Notes under the pieces: generated by a model | What the model saw: only the letters and a program-made list of their open reading frames with translations | Databases searched by the model: none | What the model was told of the DNA's origin: nothing | In this document: one piece after another, positions 35,644 to 52,250 of the stretch | Numbering within the stretch: the first letter of the stretch is position 1 | How the letters are laid out: each line of letters starts with the position of its first letter | Made by a program: the position numbers and the translations under genes | Origin: the human T2T-CHM13v2.0 reference genome, Homo sapiens | Reading direction: 5' to 3' (one strand) | DNA length: 64,000 nucleotides | NCBI RefSeq assembly: GCF_009914755.1 | Contig: NC_060938.1

Positions 35644-37062
35644 GTTCTCAGAAAAATGTAACTTTACAAATATTTTCTCAGAGAAATGTTTCCCTCATTC
35701 CTCAGCCTGCTTCTCAAATGCTAATCAAGGTCTCCAATAATACTGGCTACACTGAGTTGGTTGACTGAGTAGAAAAACTGAAGGGTACATGCCCAGTTGA
35801 AAGGGCTGCCAGTTAATTGTTGCCAAGAGAAAACTCTTATGCATTTCAAACAAAATATTTCACCAGACCAATTTCTGCCTGCAGGCCACCTGTTTGCAAC
35901 TTTGCCATACTGAGCACTTCAGTGGAAAAACAGATTTGAAATACTATGTAGTCTAACTGGCATCTTTACCAATCAATAAACCAGAGTTTATAAACACCTG
36001 CAGCTGTTTCCCTTAAACCAAAGTGACCTGGCCAGTGCTTCCTAGCCTTTACCCGGAGATTTTGTTGAAATACAGATTGAGCAGGTCTGGAGTGAGGCCT
36101 GAGATTCTGCATTTCTAACAAGTGCCCTGGTGATGCTAACACAGGTTCAGGGACCACACCTTCAGTAGATTTGACTAGATTTTTCTGCAGAAACAGGCAA
36201 CTTAGTTGATTTGTTGATTATTATTTACTTCCATCAAACTGAACACATATAACTGATTGAGCCCTTTAATAAGCAATTCAGTATATTTTAAAGGGAAAAT
36301 AATTAGAACATTGCGGTGTTGGTGACAGAATATAGAGAGATTACAATGGAACAGATCCTAAAAATTCAGAAATGGTCAGAATAACAGGTAAATTGTATAC
36401 TAAGATAAAGTTATATTTTGAAATCAGCAGAGAAAGGATGCATTAGTGAATAAATAATATTGGAACAACTAGCTAACCATACATAATATACCAAAATAAA
36501 ATAGAGGTAACCTAAAAATTAAATAGAAAGTTAAAACCATAAAATTAAAACTTCTAAAATTACTTGAAGGAAATAGGGACAATTAGTCATACAATCAACA
36601 AGAAAGGATTTCCAAGGGTTTCAGATAGAAGGAAGGTTTTCAGGACATTTAATCCACGATATTGAGGGAAATAGATGTTCTCAATTTTTTTCAAAACTTC
36701 TAATTTTCACTTATATAAACTACTTGGTTCTGTTTTTTCAAATAAGCCTTTTTTTTAAAAAAAAAATAGCATTTTGTCCTTTCATTATGGTTCCTATATC
36801 TTCTTTTACTCTGAGAGTTTTATGCATACTCATTTGATAGTGTCTTTCTAATTTTTCTGTTATCTCAAGTTCCTGGAGTCTAAAATTTTCCTATGCCTGT
36901 TGACTCTCTGTTATGGTGGGTCATTTCCTTACATAGTTTTAAAGTTCTTTTCCTCAATTTGTGATCAATGGAGACTGATTTTTCCCTGGAAGTCCATATT
37001 ACCTGGGTCATAAAAGTATTCCTACAGAGAGTAAATTTAAAATATATTTTTAATGTAATAAA

Positions 37063-37064
<2 letters not shown>

Positions 37065-37113
<49 letters not shown>
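37065..37113. repeat. (TG)n microsatellite at an Alu monomer
   Basis: Direct reading. Confidence 0.95.
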
Positions 37114-37116
<3 letters not shown>

Positions 37117-37888
37117 AATAGAGACAGGCTCTTGCTATATTGCCCAGGCTGGTCTCAGACTCCTGGGCTCAAGCTATCCTCTTGCCTCGGCCTCCCAAAG
37201 TGCTGGGATTAGAGGCATGAGACACCATGCTTGACCCCTACAGAGTTTTGTGCTTCCTTGTGTTGGGGCCCAGGTGTTATTATTTCTCAGCGTGGAATTC
37301 TGCATGTGAATGCAGAATTCAGTCTCTGAATGTGATACAGTCTTGAAGTTTTGATTTTTTACGGGAAATTCCTTCTCCCCATTCTAAGCCCATGCTGCTG
37401 CTTTAGGAAAACTCTGGTGGACAGAGTTTTCCTAATTCTCTCTTCATGATTTGATGGTCCCAGCTTTCTTTAATGGTCTCCATTCCAACTTCCTTCCACA
37501 AAGTAGTAAGGCCCAAAGTCAAACTTTCTGTCAACAATTGGTCATTAAAAGTTGTCTCACTGCCTTATGATCAGTATCTGGGCCTCACATCCTCCAGGGA
37601 GTCATACATTAGCTAATTTCTTTGGTTTGAAGTTCCCTTTTCATTTCTGGTGGCACAATTTTCTTCTTTTCCTTGCCCTTTCTCCCCTACTCCCTCCCTT
37701 CCATCTTTCCTTCCTCTCTTCCTATCTCAGTTATTTACTAAAATTTTTTGTTTTATTTTTTCCATTGTGCTATTTCGCTAGCATCTTTAACAATTTTTGT
37801 ATTACTTTTGTAATAAATAAATAGCTGGAAAAATGGGGGAAAGTATAGAATTCTACTTCAAGGTCTTTTTTTTGGCTTAAAATAAATA

Positions 37889-38128
37889 CAGTCATTCTGT
37901 GGTATATACAAAGGGTTGGTTCAAGGAGCCCTGTATATACCAAAATCCACATATACTCAAGTCCCTAAATTGGGCCTGTGGAACTCACACATAGGAAAAG
38001 TCAGTGCCTGTGTATATGTGGGTTTCACATCCCGCAAAAACTGTGTTTTCTGTCCGTGTTTGGCTGAACAATATCTGCACATAAGAGGATCTGCAGAGTT
38101 CAAACTGGTGTTGTTCAAGGGTCAACTG
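37889..38128. mobile_element. MER8-like Tigger MITE
   Basis: Ends TTGTTCAAGGGTCAACTG followed by TA; ~240 bp. Confidence 0.65.
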
Positions 38129-38320
38129 TAGCTGAAATAAATATAACAATACCAAAGTAATTAAAAAGTTTTCCTTTCAGAGGGCAACAGAAATCTACAC
38201 TAAAATTCTGTGTCAACTTGGGCTGGTAGCAATCTCATTTTCCTCATTTGTAAAATGAGGATTATAATCTATATTTTTAGGGTTGTTATAAACATTAAAT
38301 AAAATAATGTATAGAAATAT

Positions 38321-38666
<346 letters not shown>

Positions 38667-38808
38667 TTAGGCACTAATACTGTTAGTAGTAGAATGCCAA
38701 CAAGTATGGGAACCAAGGATAAAGTCAGTCAGTATCAAAGAGTATATTTCACATTCAAGAAAAGAAATAACATTTCCTTTTTATATTTTCCGATCAAAAC
38801 AAACTTAC

Positions 38809-39138
38809 CTTTTGCATTCCGTATGACCTTAGCTTTTAAAACATAAGAGTTTCCCAGATCAATGTATTTCACGATGTTGAGGGATGGTGAATCATCATGT
38901 TGAAACCAATAATTACATGGTTTTGAATATATTTTCCATGTTCGTCCATTCCTTTGCCCAAAGTTGTATAAGAACCATGTGCTCTTTAGAAAGGTCATAT
39001 TGTTGGGTGCACTTTCAGGCATGGTAGCAATGGCTAATGCATTCTTATTATCTAAAATGCTTGTGATGAGGAAGCTGCTGTACCCGGGAAGCACTACAGT
39101 CTTCTCTATATCTGTATCTTCAAACAAGGCCTGAACAA
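38809..39138 (-). CDS. CATSPERB: CATSPERB coding exon (VVQALFEDTDIEK...VIRNAK)
   Basis: Overlaps ORF 38735..39127(-); acceptor ctccag|TTG, donor AAG|gtaagt; 330 nt. Confidence 0.95.
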
Positions 39139-39945
39139 CTGGAGATTAAACAGAAGAGACTTGGTATTAAATCAAACATCCGATGTTTGCCAAACAAACT
39201 GATGTACATAGCTAACAAATACACTGTTTGAGTTTTTAAACTATCTCTTAACCAGAGAACACAGTTGCCAAATTTCAGTCATAATTCAAATTATTTTATA
39301 GAAAGTTTATCATAAATAGACCATGCACCTATGCTTTAATGTTTACTGTGAAACTATTGTATAAAATTTTTGGCAGTAAAAAACCATGTAGAGCTAAGTA
39401 AAGAAAGCTGATTTTTTTTTTTACTATGGAAATACTAAAAGCCTTAAAAACCTAAAATCTTTATTGTGATTCTACAAGAGAAGGATAATGTAGCCAGTTT
39501 CCCCAGTACCTAAAGATGTGCTTATTACACAGAAGATACTCAATAAATATTTGTTGAATGGATGAGTGATTGAGTATTTAAGGAGAATATGAAGATTTAG
39601 AAGAAAAGAGGTTCTTGGGCAGGACCTTAAGGAACATCATCATTTAAGGAATGGAAAGGGAAAAAGATCCTCTCACGGAGACGAAGAAGAAATGATTGGA
39701 GAAAATCAGAGAAGACATCAATGAAGCCAAGGAAGGCTGTTGAAATGAGAGGGAAGTAATCATTATCAAAATATTTTTGATAGGTCATGAAACATGTCAT
39801 CAATACTCTCTTACTCTAAAATAAAATAGAAACAGTCAGAAGAGGGCTTCATCATTGCCTTAATTATGCACACATGCTCCAATTTCTCCCAGTTCAAACC
39901 GACCAACGAAAATCCTTTCCAATATTCCCTCCAACCACCATGTAA

Positions 39946-40521
<576 letters not shown>

Positions 40522-41166
40522 TGACACACTCTTAGTTCTACTCTGACCAGGCCACCCAATATCCTTTAATGATTCTCCTCCATCTCCCTGAACACTAGAT
40601 ATTGCCCTGGATTAGACCTCAAGCCTCTTCCCTTCTATAACACCACTCATTTTCCAGGTGTTCTCATTTGGTCTTATAGCATTAACTATCATACATATGC
40701 TGAAAGTCCTCAAATCTGTGTCTCTAGCCCAGCCATCTTCCCTGAACTCCAGACTTGTATTTCTAAGTGCCCATCTTATTTCTCCACTTGGATGAGTAAC
40801 AAGCATCTTTAAGTTTAATATGATCTCTCACTTGATTATTGTAATGGCCTCCTAGCTGACTTCTCTGCTTTCCTCCTTGCTTTCTCTCCATCACCTGCCC
40901 AGTCTGTTCTCATCACAGCAGCCAAAGTGATCTTGTTGAGAGCTAAGTCAGATCATATCACTTTCTGCTTAACCCTCCAGTGGCTTCCCGTTTAGTCAGA
41001 GTAAAACCTAAACCCTTAGAATAAACTGTACTAACTTTTGCTGTGAATCAATAATCCTTTGAGATAGAAACATCCTATAGAACATTGATTCAAAATTATT
41101 TTGTTAAAGTGAGGCAAAATCTGCAGGAACTTCCCATTTTCTTTCATTTCTTCTGATCACTCTTCA

Positions 41167-41933
<767 letters not shown>

Positions 41934-42020
41934 CTATAAATAAGCATTAAAATGCCTTCACAAAAGATAATTTTTCATTTTTTTCTAGCCATCAGAGATG
42001 TATGATATTATTATACCTAC

Positions 42021-42208
42021 CTTGTGAATCAAGAGTGAGTTTATAGACATTTCCAGCTTTATTAATCAAAAGGGAACTAGACAAACAAGAGCTCTCATTC
42101 ACTTCTTCTAATCCAAAGGGCTCTTTCATTTCTGCAATAACTGAGGACAAAAATCCTTTAGGAGTCGTATGTTGCAATACCTTTCTTATGTAAGCTCTTC
42201 CAGTTTTC
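42021..42208 (-). CDS. CATSPERB: CATSPERB coding exon (KTGRAYIRKVLQ...LTLDSQ)
   Basis: Within ORF 41992..42228(-); acceptor tttttag|GAAAA, donor AAG|gtaggt; 188 nt. Confidence 0.94.
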
Positions 42209-43481
42209 CTAAAAACAAATAAAACCATTAAGCAATTTGGATAAAACAGTGGATTAAATGAACCAATTTATGAACAAATAATTTACAAAGAAAGTATACC
42301 ACAAATAACTAACAAATATTTGATTAACATTTGTTCAACCCCATTAGTAATCAATGAAATGGCAATTATAACAATGGGATACAATTTTTAACCTCTAAAA
42401 TTAGCGAAGATCTTTAAATGACAGGGTTCAGTAGTGGTGGGAATTGAGTGAAGATAGGCATTCATCCACTACTGATGGGATTGTAAATTAGAACTAGCTT
42501 CCTGGAAAGCAATTTGACATTATGCATTAGGAGCGTGCTAACCTTTTCCCTGCTCTGATTCCATGTCTATTATTATGGCTCTATCCTAAGGAAAGAACTT
42601 GAAACAGAGGGGTGGGGGAGAAAGCTTTCTATACAAATATATTCATTAGGGTAAAATTTAGAAATGAGAAATGTCAATAAAAAAACTAAGTGAATGATAT
42701 TACATGATTTACTTAGAGAAAATGCAATGATTAAAAGGGTGTTTAGAAAGAGTTTTTAACAGTGTAGGGAAAATGATCATATTATAATGTCCAAATGAAG
42801 AAAGCAAGTGGAAAAATGTTAAAATGCATATAAAAAGGACTAATTGGCAGTTCATCAAAGTGTTAACAGTCATAATTTCAATTATCTTAATATTTTTCTG
42901 CCTTTTAGGAAATTTCTATACTGAGCATGTATTAACTTTATAACCAGGAAAACAATCTGTTTCTAAAATGTTAGCCTTGCATATCCACATGCAAAAAATT
43001 CAATCTAGACACAGATCTTACAATCATCACAAAAATTAACTCTAGGCCGGGTGCAGTGGCTCACACCGGTAATCCCAGCACTTTGGGAGCTGAGGCAGGC
43101 AGATTGGTTGAGCCTAGGAGTTCAAGACCAGCCTAGGCAACATGGTGAAACCCTATCTTTACTAAAAATACAAAAATTAACCAGGTATGGTGGCACATGC
43201 CTGTAATCCCAGCTACTCAGGAGGCTGAGGCAGTGGGATCACTTGAGCCTGTGAGGTGGAGGTTGCAGTGAGCTGAGATAGTGCCACTGCACTCCAGCGT
43301 GGGTGACAGAGCCAGACCCTGTCTCAAAAAAGAAAATAAAGAACTCTAAATGGGCCACAGACTTAAATATAAAATGTAAAACTATAAAACTCCTAAGAAG
43401 ATAACATAGGAGAAAATCTAGATGACCTTGGGTATGGCAATTACTTTTTTCCCTCAATTAAAAAAATTATGTTAAAATATA

Positions 43482-44015
43482 TGCTATGGTTTTAATGTAT
43501 TCCTCAAAGTTCATGTGTTGAAAACACAATTTCCAATGCAAGAGTGTTGAGAGGTGGGACTTTTTTTTTTTTTTTTTTTTTTTTGAGACAGAGTCTTGCT
43601 CTGCCGCCAGCCTGGAGTGCAGTGGCGCCATCTCAGCTCACTGCAACCTGAGAGGTGGGACTTTTAAGGGGTGATTAGATCATGAGGCTTTGCCCTCACG
43701 AATGGATGAATGCCATTATTGCAGGAGTGGGTTAATTATTGTGTGAGTGGGTTCCTGATAAAAGAATGAATTCAGTCCCTTCCCTCCCCCTGTCTTTCTC
43801 TCTCTCTTTTGCACATGAGTGCTTCATATGCGTGCTCACATGTGCTCACCCTTCTGCCTTCCACCATGGGATGACGGAGCATGAGGCCCTCACCAGATGT
43901 GGGCCCCCCAGTCTTGGATTTCCCACCCTCCAGAACTGTAAGAAATAAATTTCTTTTCTTTATACATTACCCAGTCTGTGATATTCTATTATAGCAGCAT
44001 GAAACAGACTAAGAA
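43482..44015 (+). mobile_element. MST-type MaLR LTR with a short 5'-truncated Alu (43565-43648, minus) inside
   Basis: TGCTATGGTTTTAATGT start; Alu flanked by 17-bp TSD tgagaggtgggactttt at 43548-43564 and 43649-43665. Confidence 0.8.
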
Positions 44016-44526
44016 GATACACCTAACAAAATTTACCATCTTCATGCAATGACTGTTGAATACAACACCAAAGACACAATCCATGAAAGAGAAAATTGAT
44101 AAATTTCTCTCCAGTTTTCCTAAACACAAGTAAAACCATTAAGTAATTTGGATAAAACAGTGGATTACATGAACCAATTTATGAACAAATAGTTTATAAA
44201 CAAAATATACCAAAAATAGCTAACAAACATTTGATTAACATTTGGTCGACCTCATTTGTAATAGAAGAAATTGCAATTACAACAATGGGATACAATTTTT
44301 AACCAATTAGTAAAGATTTTTAAATGACAGTGTTAAGCAGTGAACACTGAATTTGTGTTAAAAATACATGCTATGGTTTGCATGTATCTCTCATTAGTAA
44401 TTGGTACCTTACTAAAATTACAAACTTACACTCTGAAATATCCTGTCAAGAGAATTAGAAGACAAGCCACATACTAGGAGAAAATATTTTCAAAAGACAT
44501 ATAAAGGACTGTTATCCAAAATAAAC

Positions 44527-45498
<972 letters not shown>

Positions 45499-45640
45499 AT
45501 ACAAAAATCTCTAATAATATAACAATAAGAAAGTGTACAACCTGATTTAAAAAATGGGCCAAAGACCTTAACAGATACCTCACCAAAGAATATATGCAGA
45601 TGGCAGGTAACTATAGCAAAAAATGTTCTACATCATATAC

Positions 45641-45988
45641 TGATATGGTTTGGCTCAATGTCCCCACCCAAATCTCATCTTGAATTGTAATCCCCACGTG
45701 TCAAGGGAGGGACCTGGTGGGAGGTGGTTGGATCATGGGGGCGGTTTTCCCCATGCTGTTCTCATAACAGTGAGGGAGTTCTCATGAGATCTGATGGTTT
45801 TAAAAATGGCAGTTTCCCCTGCACTGTCTCTTTCTCCTGCCGCCATGTAAGACGTGCCTTGCTTCCCCTTCATCTTCCACCATGGCCTCCCCAGCCATGC
45901 AGAACTGTGAGTCAATTAAACCTCTTTCCTTTATAAATTACCCAGTTTCAGGTATTTCTTTATAGCAGTGTGAAAACAGACTACTGCA
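45641..45988 (+). mobile_element. MSTA/THE1-type MaLR solo LTR
   Basis: TGATATGGTTTGGCTC start; CAATTAAACCTCTTTCCTTTATAAATTACCCAG near the end. Confidence 0.85.
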
Positions 45989-48581
45989 TATGTCATCAGG
46001 GAAATGCAAATTAACAATGAGATACCACCACATGACTATTAGAATGGCAGAAATCCAAAACACTGACAACCCAAATACTGGTGAGTATGTGAATAATAGG
46101 AACTCTCGTTCATTGTTGATAGAAATGGAAATGATACAGCCAGTCTGGAGGACAGTTCAGTCATTTTTTACAAAACTAAACATACTCTTAGCATACAATC
46201 AAGCAAAATGCCTTGGTATTTACCCAAATGAGTCGAAAACTTATATCTATACAAAACCTGCAAATAGGTGTTTACAGAAGCTTTATTTATAATTGCTAAA
46301 ACTTGGAAGCAACCAAGATGTTCTTCAGTAGGTAAATGAATAAATAAACTGCGGGATACTCAGATGATGGAATATTATATGATTCAGCACTAAAAAAGAA
46401 ATGAGCTATCAAGCCATGAAAAGACATGGAGGAAATTTAGATGCATATTACTAAGTACAAGAAGCCTCTGAAAAGGCTATATACGGTATGATTCAAACTA
46501 TATGACATTCTGGAAAAGGCAAAATTATGGAGACAGCAAAAAGATCGGTGGTTGCCAGGGGTGAGGGGAAGAGAGAGTTGAAGAGGCAAAGCATAGAGAA
46601 TTTTTAGGGCAGTGAAACTCTTCTGTATGATATTGTGATGATGAATACTTATCATTATACATTTGTTCAAACCCATTGAATTTGCAACACTAAGAGTAAG
46701 TCCTAATGTAGGTACGTACGCTGGGTGATAAATGATGTGTCAATGTAGGTTCATGAGCTGTAACAAATGTACCACTTTGGTGTGGGATGTGGATAGTGGG
46801 GAAGGTTTCGTGTGTGTATGGGACAGAGGTATATAGGAACTCTATTTTCTGCTCAATTTTGCTGTAAAACTGTAATTAATTTAAAAAGTTTATTAATTAA
46901 TTTTAAAAAGTTAACCTCTTTGTATCTGAAGTCAATGGCCAATGGTCAGGCAGCTACCTTAATTATGAAAGCTGTCTCCCCACTTCTTCCTACTATTGCA
47001 CATGGGGGGTGATTAAGCACTGCTGTTCCAGAAGAGGAGAGAAATCAGCCTTTAAAAGAGAAGGAAAGGGGATTTGTGCAATGGAGAATGAATCAGTGAA
47101 TTTTAGAGGTGGAGAGGAACAACTGTTGAGTGGAGAAAACACTGCAAAAAGACAAATATCATCAAACTAAGCTACCTATGCATTCTAAGCTCCCATTCCA
47201 ATGCCTGTGCCATTTCCCCAGCCCAGCTGATCCCTTCCACTCCATGCCAATGAAACTGTTTTCATCAAGGTTACTACAGCCTAGAATGGTGCCAAATTCA
47301 AAGGTCACATCTTTATTCTTATTTTACTCAAGTCTCTGCAGCATGCATCACAGTTGATCACTCCATACTTTCTAAACACCCTCTTCTCTTGGTTTATATG
47401 GCCCCACATTTTCCTGTGTTTTTTCTACCTTACTGGCTGCTCCTTCTCATCCTTCTTTGCTAGGGCCTTCTTCTTAGCCCAGGCTCTCTTCCTGGAGCAC
47501 CCCAGGGCTTTTCTTCTCTACATACACCCTCCTCTGCAGGTAGAATCACCCATCTGTATCTGAACAATTGCCAAATGCCAAGTTTCCACTCTGACTTTTC
47601 TGAGCTATGAATTCATACATCTAACTGCCAACTTCACATCTTCACTTAGATACCTAGCACACATTTCAAACTGAACATTTCCAATGTGGAACTCTGAATT
47701 ACCCTGCCTGATACCTGCACTTTTCGTCTCGGAAAATGGCGGTAGCGTCCTTCTAGCTACAAACCACAAACCTAGACAATTTTTGATCACTTTCTTGCTC
47801 ATATCCCTAACAGGCAAATGCATCATCAGATCCTGTCTTCACTCAACTGCACCTGCTCCAGCACCATAATCTGTCACCTGTATTACTTTAATAACTTTCT
47901 AAGGGGCTTGGCAGCTTCTACTCACACCCTGTCCCACACTTTTCACAGCAATCAGAGTGATCCTTTCAAAAATGTAAATTGGATTATTTAAAAATAATCC
48001 AATAACATTCTCCAATGGTTTCTGCTGACACCAAGAAGAAAATTTACACTCTTCCTGCATCCTATAATACCGTCTATGATCTGGCACTAGCTGACCTCCT
48101 TGCTGGCCTTTCCACGACACCATCACTGTGCATCATCTATACTGGCTTTCTTCATGTTTATTAAACACATCCCAATTTTTCTTGCCTCACTGTATGCAAC
48201 TTCTTTAGCCTGGAAAGCTCTTTCATTGGCTCTTTGCTCTTCATTCTTGGGTCTTTGCTTACCCTTCTTACTCCCTCTGTCACCATATTTACTTTCTTCA
48301 AAGCACATGTTAGATATGAATTTGTTTTGGTTTACCTGTTTATCACCTGTATCTGTTTATTAGAATGTCATCTCCATGCAGGGAAGAGTCTTGTCTATCT
48401 TGTTTACCACTATATTCCCAGTGCCTAGCACAAGACTTGATATGTAATAGGCACTCAAATATTCATTGAATGAATGAAGAGCTTTACTGAAACCTTTGTG
48501 TGTTGATGATACATTCCTTCTGAGCAATTTAGTAAAAACATGGACATTAAGTTATCACTATTAAGATTTTGTGAAGATTCA

Positions 48582-48931
<350 letters not shown>

Positions 48932-49950
48932 TCAGAAACTGTAATATTTCTTCTGAGGTTTGAGGAACCGAGGGACCAGAATTGGACTCATTCTTGAGAA
49001 ATATAAAGGGTAGATACTGACTAGACACCCAGAGTTTAATGATTACATATGGAATGGGAAAGAGATAAAGTTATTAAGTAACTTTAGACTTTTTAAGTTA
49101 ACACACAGTAAAAATCTTGGATAACATGAAAAAGCAAAATAAAACAGGGTGTAAAAGTCCCAATCAAGTAGAAGAAGAAAAGAATGGAAAGAGGAGAAAA
49201 AAGAACCTTAAAATAAGGTAAGCAAGAAGAGAAGACAAAAATGAAACATAGAAAAAGGTGGGACAAATAGAAAGTACAAAAGAAGATGGTAGGAATGAAG
49301 ACAAATATATTAGTAAAAATAATAAATGTAGTTGAACTAAACTCTCCAACTAAAGGACAGAAATTGTTAAATTGGCTAAAACCACAAAATTCATTTATGT
49401 CTTTTATGACAGATATACAAAGCAGGTGAAAGTTAAAGGATTGAAATAGTATACCACGAAAATATTATCCAAAGAAGGCTGATGCCATGTATCAATAACA
49501 AAAAAAGCTACAAACAAAAACAAAACATTGAAACTCATAACAAAAAACCCCTGATTTAAAAATGGGCAAAGGATTTGAATGAATTTAATGCTACAGAATG
49601 GTACATCTTAAAATGGTTAAAAAAAGCATAATAAAAAAGCCACGGTCATGCAAAAAAGCATTATAATGATAAAAATAGTCACTAAATACCAACAAAATGT
49701 TCAACTGATCATGAAGATGTAACAATTCTAAACTTATATGTACCTAATAACAATCTCAAAATATACAAGGCAAAATTGACACAACTATAATTTTAAAATG
49801 GACAAATCCAGTATACACAGTAGGAAAGTTTAATACAGCTTTCTCAATAATTGATAGATCAAGCAGAAACAAATCATTAAGGATACAGAAAATTGCAATA
49901 TCACAAGGAACAGGATTAATCTAACAAATAAATATTAATACTGCATTAAA

Positions 49951-50494
49951 TAGGAAAGCATTCAGAACACCCCAAAATATCTGCTCTAGCCCACTGATTG
50001 AGTTAAAGTCACTTAAAACACACACACACACACACATACACACCAGCAAATGCAGAAAGGACACTGTGACCTACCTAAAGGCAGGAGATAAAACTCCCAT
50101 GTGGAAGGTGTCCTCCTTGCACCTGGAGAAGGACATTGTTTTTATTACTAGAGATGGGGAGCCAAAGCCAAGAGAAATTTGTACAAACAGACCTTGTTAA
50201 ACTAACCCTTATCTTCCTAGCCACTTCTCCACAGTTAACTACCCTAGCCCAAGCCCCCTTGCCTTGTCACATTTTCACAACTTACTACTTTTTGTTCAAC
50301 CCAGTATATACATGTTCAACTCTAACTGCTTCTTCAGGGGTCTTCATTTCTTCAGGAGGACTCCTATGTTACACAAAACTTACATTAAGTAAATGTGTAT
50401 GCTTTTCTCCTGTTAATCTGTCTTATGTCAGTTTAATTCTCAGGCCCAGCCAAAACACCCTAAGAGGATAAATGTAAAATTTTGCCTCCCATAC
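49951..50494 (+). mobile_element. ERV1 solo LTR (MER34/MER39-like)
   Basis: LTR-like 3' end TTTTCTCCTGTTAATCTGTC...CCCATACA; interrupts an old L1. Confidence 0.5.
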
Positions 50495-51189
50495 AAAATA
50501 TTTACTGAAATTGACCATAATGAATGGCCTAGTCCTAGGCCATAAAGTAAGTTTCAAACAATTTCAAAAAACAAATTTTCAAGGAACAAAATATTCCAGT
50601 CTTAAACTCTTCCAGAAAATTAAAAAAAAAAGAAAACAATTGTCTATGAGGCTAGTACAATCTTGTTAACAGAACCACAGAAGGGCAATATGAGAAAGAA
50701 AAATTACAGGTAAACTTCCTACATGAACATAGATGTTTAAATCTTAAATATTAGCAAACCGAGTCCAGAAATGTATGAAAACAGGTAATATACAATGTCA
50801 AAGATAGGTATATTCCAGGACTTTAAGGTTGGTTCAACATTAAATCCACAATATAATTTACAACGTTAAATAAAAAGTTAAAGGAAAAAATTCTATAGAT
50901 AAGCTCAATAGATACACGAGAAATATTAATTTAAAACCCAAACTCTAAATCTCTTAAACTAGAAAAATAGATAAATTTATTTAAATGATAAAGGGTTTAA
51001 GAAAACTATGAAATGCTTAAATATATATATATAGAGAGAGAGAGAGAAAAAGAAAAAGAGAGAGAGAGTGTCAGGAACAACAATAATTCCATTATCTTCT
51101 ATTTAACAAAGTATTGGAGGTCCTAGACACTATAACAGGAAAAAGCTATAATATGCTAAGAAACATTAAGGAAAAAACAAAAAAAATTA

Positions 51190-51607
51190 TAGTTGACCCT
51201 TGAACAATGCAGAGGTTAGGGATGCCAACCTCCTGTGCAGATGAAAATTCACATATTACTTTTAATTCCCCCCAAATTTAACTACAAGTAGGCTATTGTT
51301 GACTGGAAGTCTTACCAATAACATAAACAGTTGATTAACACATATTTTGTATGTTATATGTCTTACATGCTGTATTCTTACAATAAAGTAAGCTACGGGA
51401 AAAAATGTTATTAAGAAAATCGTAAGAAAGGGAAAATATATTTATTATTTCTTAAGTGGAATGGATCATCATAAAGATCTTCATCCTAGTCATCTTCTTG
51501 ATTAGGCTGAGGAGGCCTTACTGACTCAGGGGTGGCAGAGGCAGAAAAATTTCCATGTATAAGTGGACCTGCACAGTTCAAACCCATGTTGTTCAAGGAT
51601 CAATTGT
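51190..51607 (+). mobile_element. Tigger2a-like MITE
   Basis: AGTTGACCCTTGAACAA ... TTGTTCAAGGATCAATTG, TA flanks; similar to the 26077 element. Confidence 0.75.
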
Positions 51608-51647
51608 ACTGGCAGGTAATAAGATTATCTACTTAAAAATATTTATA

Positions 51648-52250
51648 CAGTATGGAAATTTCTCAAAGAACTAAAAAGAGATTTACCATTAGATCCAGCA
51701 ATCCCACTACTGGTTATCTACCCAAAGGAAAAGAAGTCATTATATAAAACAAGACATCTGAATACATATGCTTATTGTAGCATAATTCACATTTGCAAAG
51801 ATATGGAATCAACCCAAGTGCCATAAACTGATGAGTGGATTTAAAAAATGTGATATATATATATATACATACACACACACACACCATGGAATACTACTCA
51901 GCCATACAAAACAATGAAATAATGTCTTTTGCAGCAACTTGGATGGAACTGAAGGCCATTACCCTCAGTGAAGTGACTTAGGAACAGAAAAACCAAACAC
52001 TGCATGTTCTCACTTAAAAGTAGGAGCTAAGCTATGGGTATGCAAAGGCATACAGAGTGGCCTGTATGATATTGGAGGCTCAGAAGAAGGGAGGGTGGGA
52101 GGGGTGAGAGAGGAAAAACTGCCTATTGGGTACAATGTACACTACTTGGGTGATAGGTACACCAAAAATCCAGACTTCACCACTACACAATTCACCCATG
52201 TAACCAAAATTCACTTGTACCCTTAAAGCTATTGAAACTTAAAAAAAAAA
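51648..52250 (+). mobile_element. L1PB/L1MA 3' end
   Basis: CCAGCAATCCCACTACTGG, GGAATACTACTCAGCCATA, A-tail at ~52241. Confidence 0.75.
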
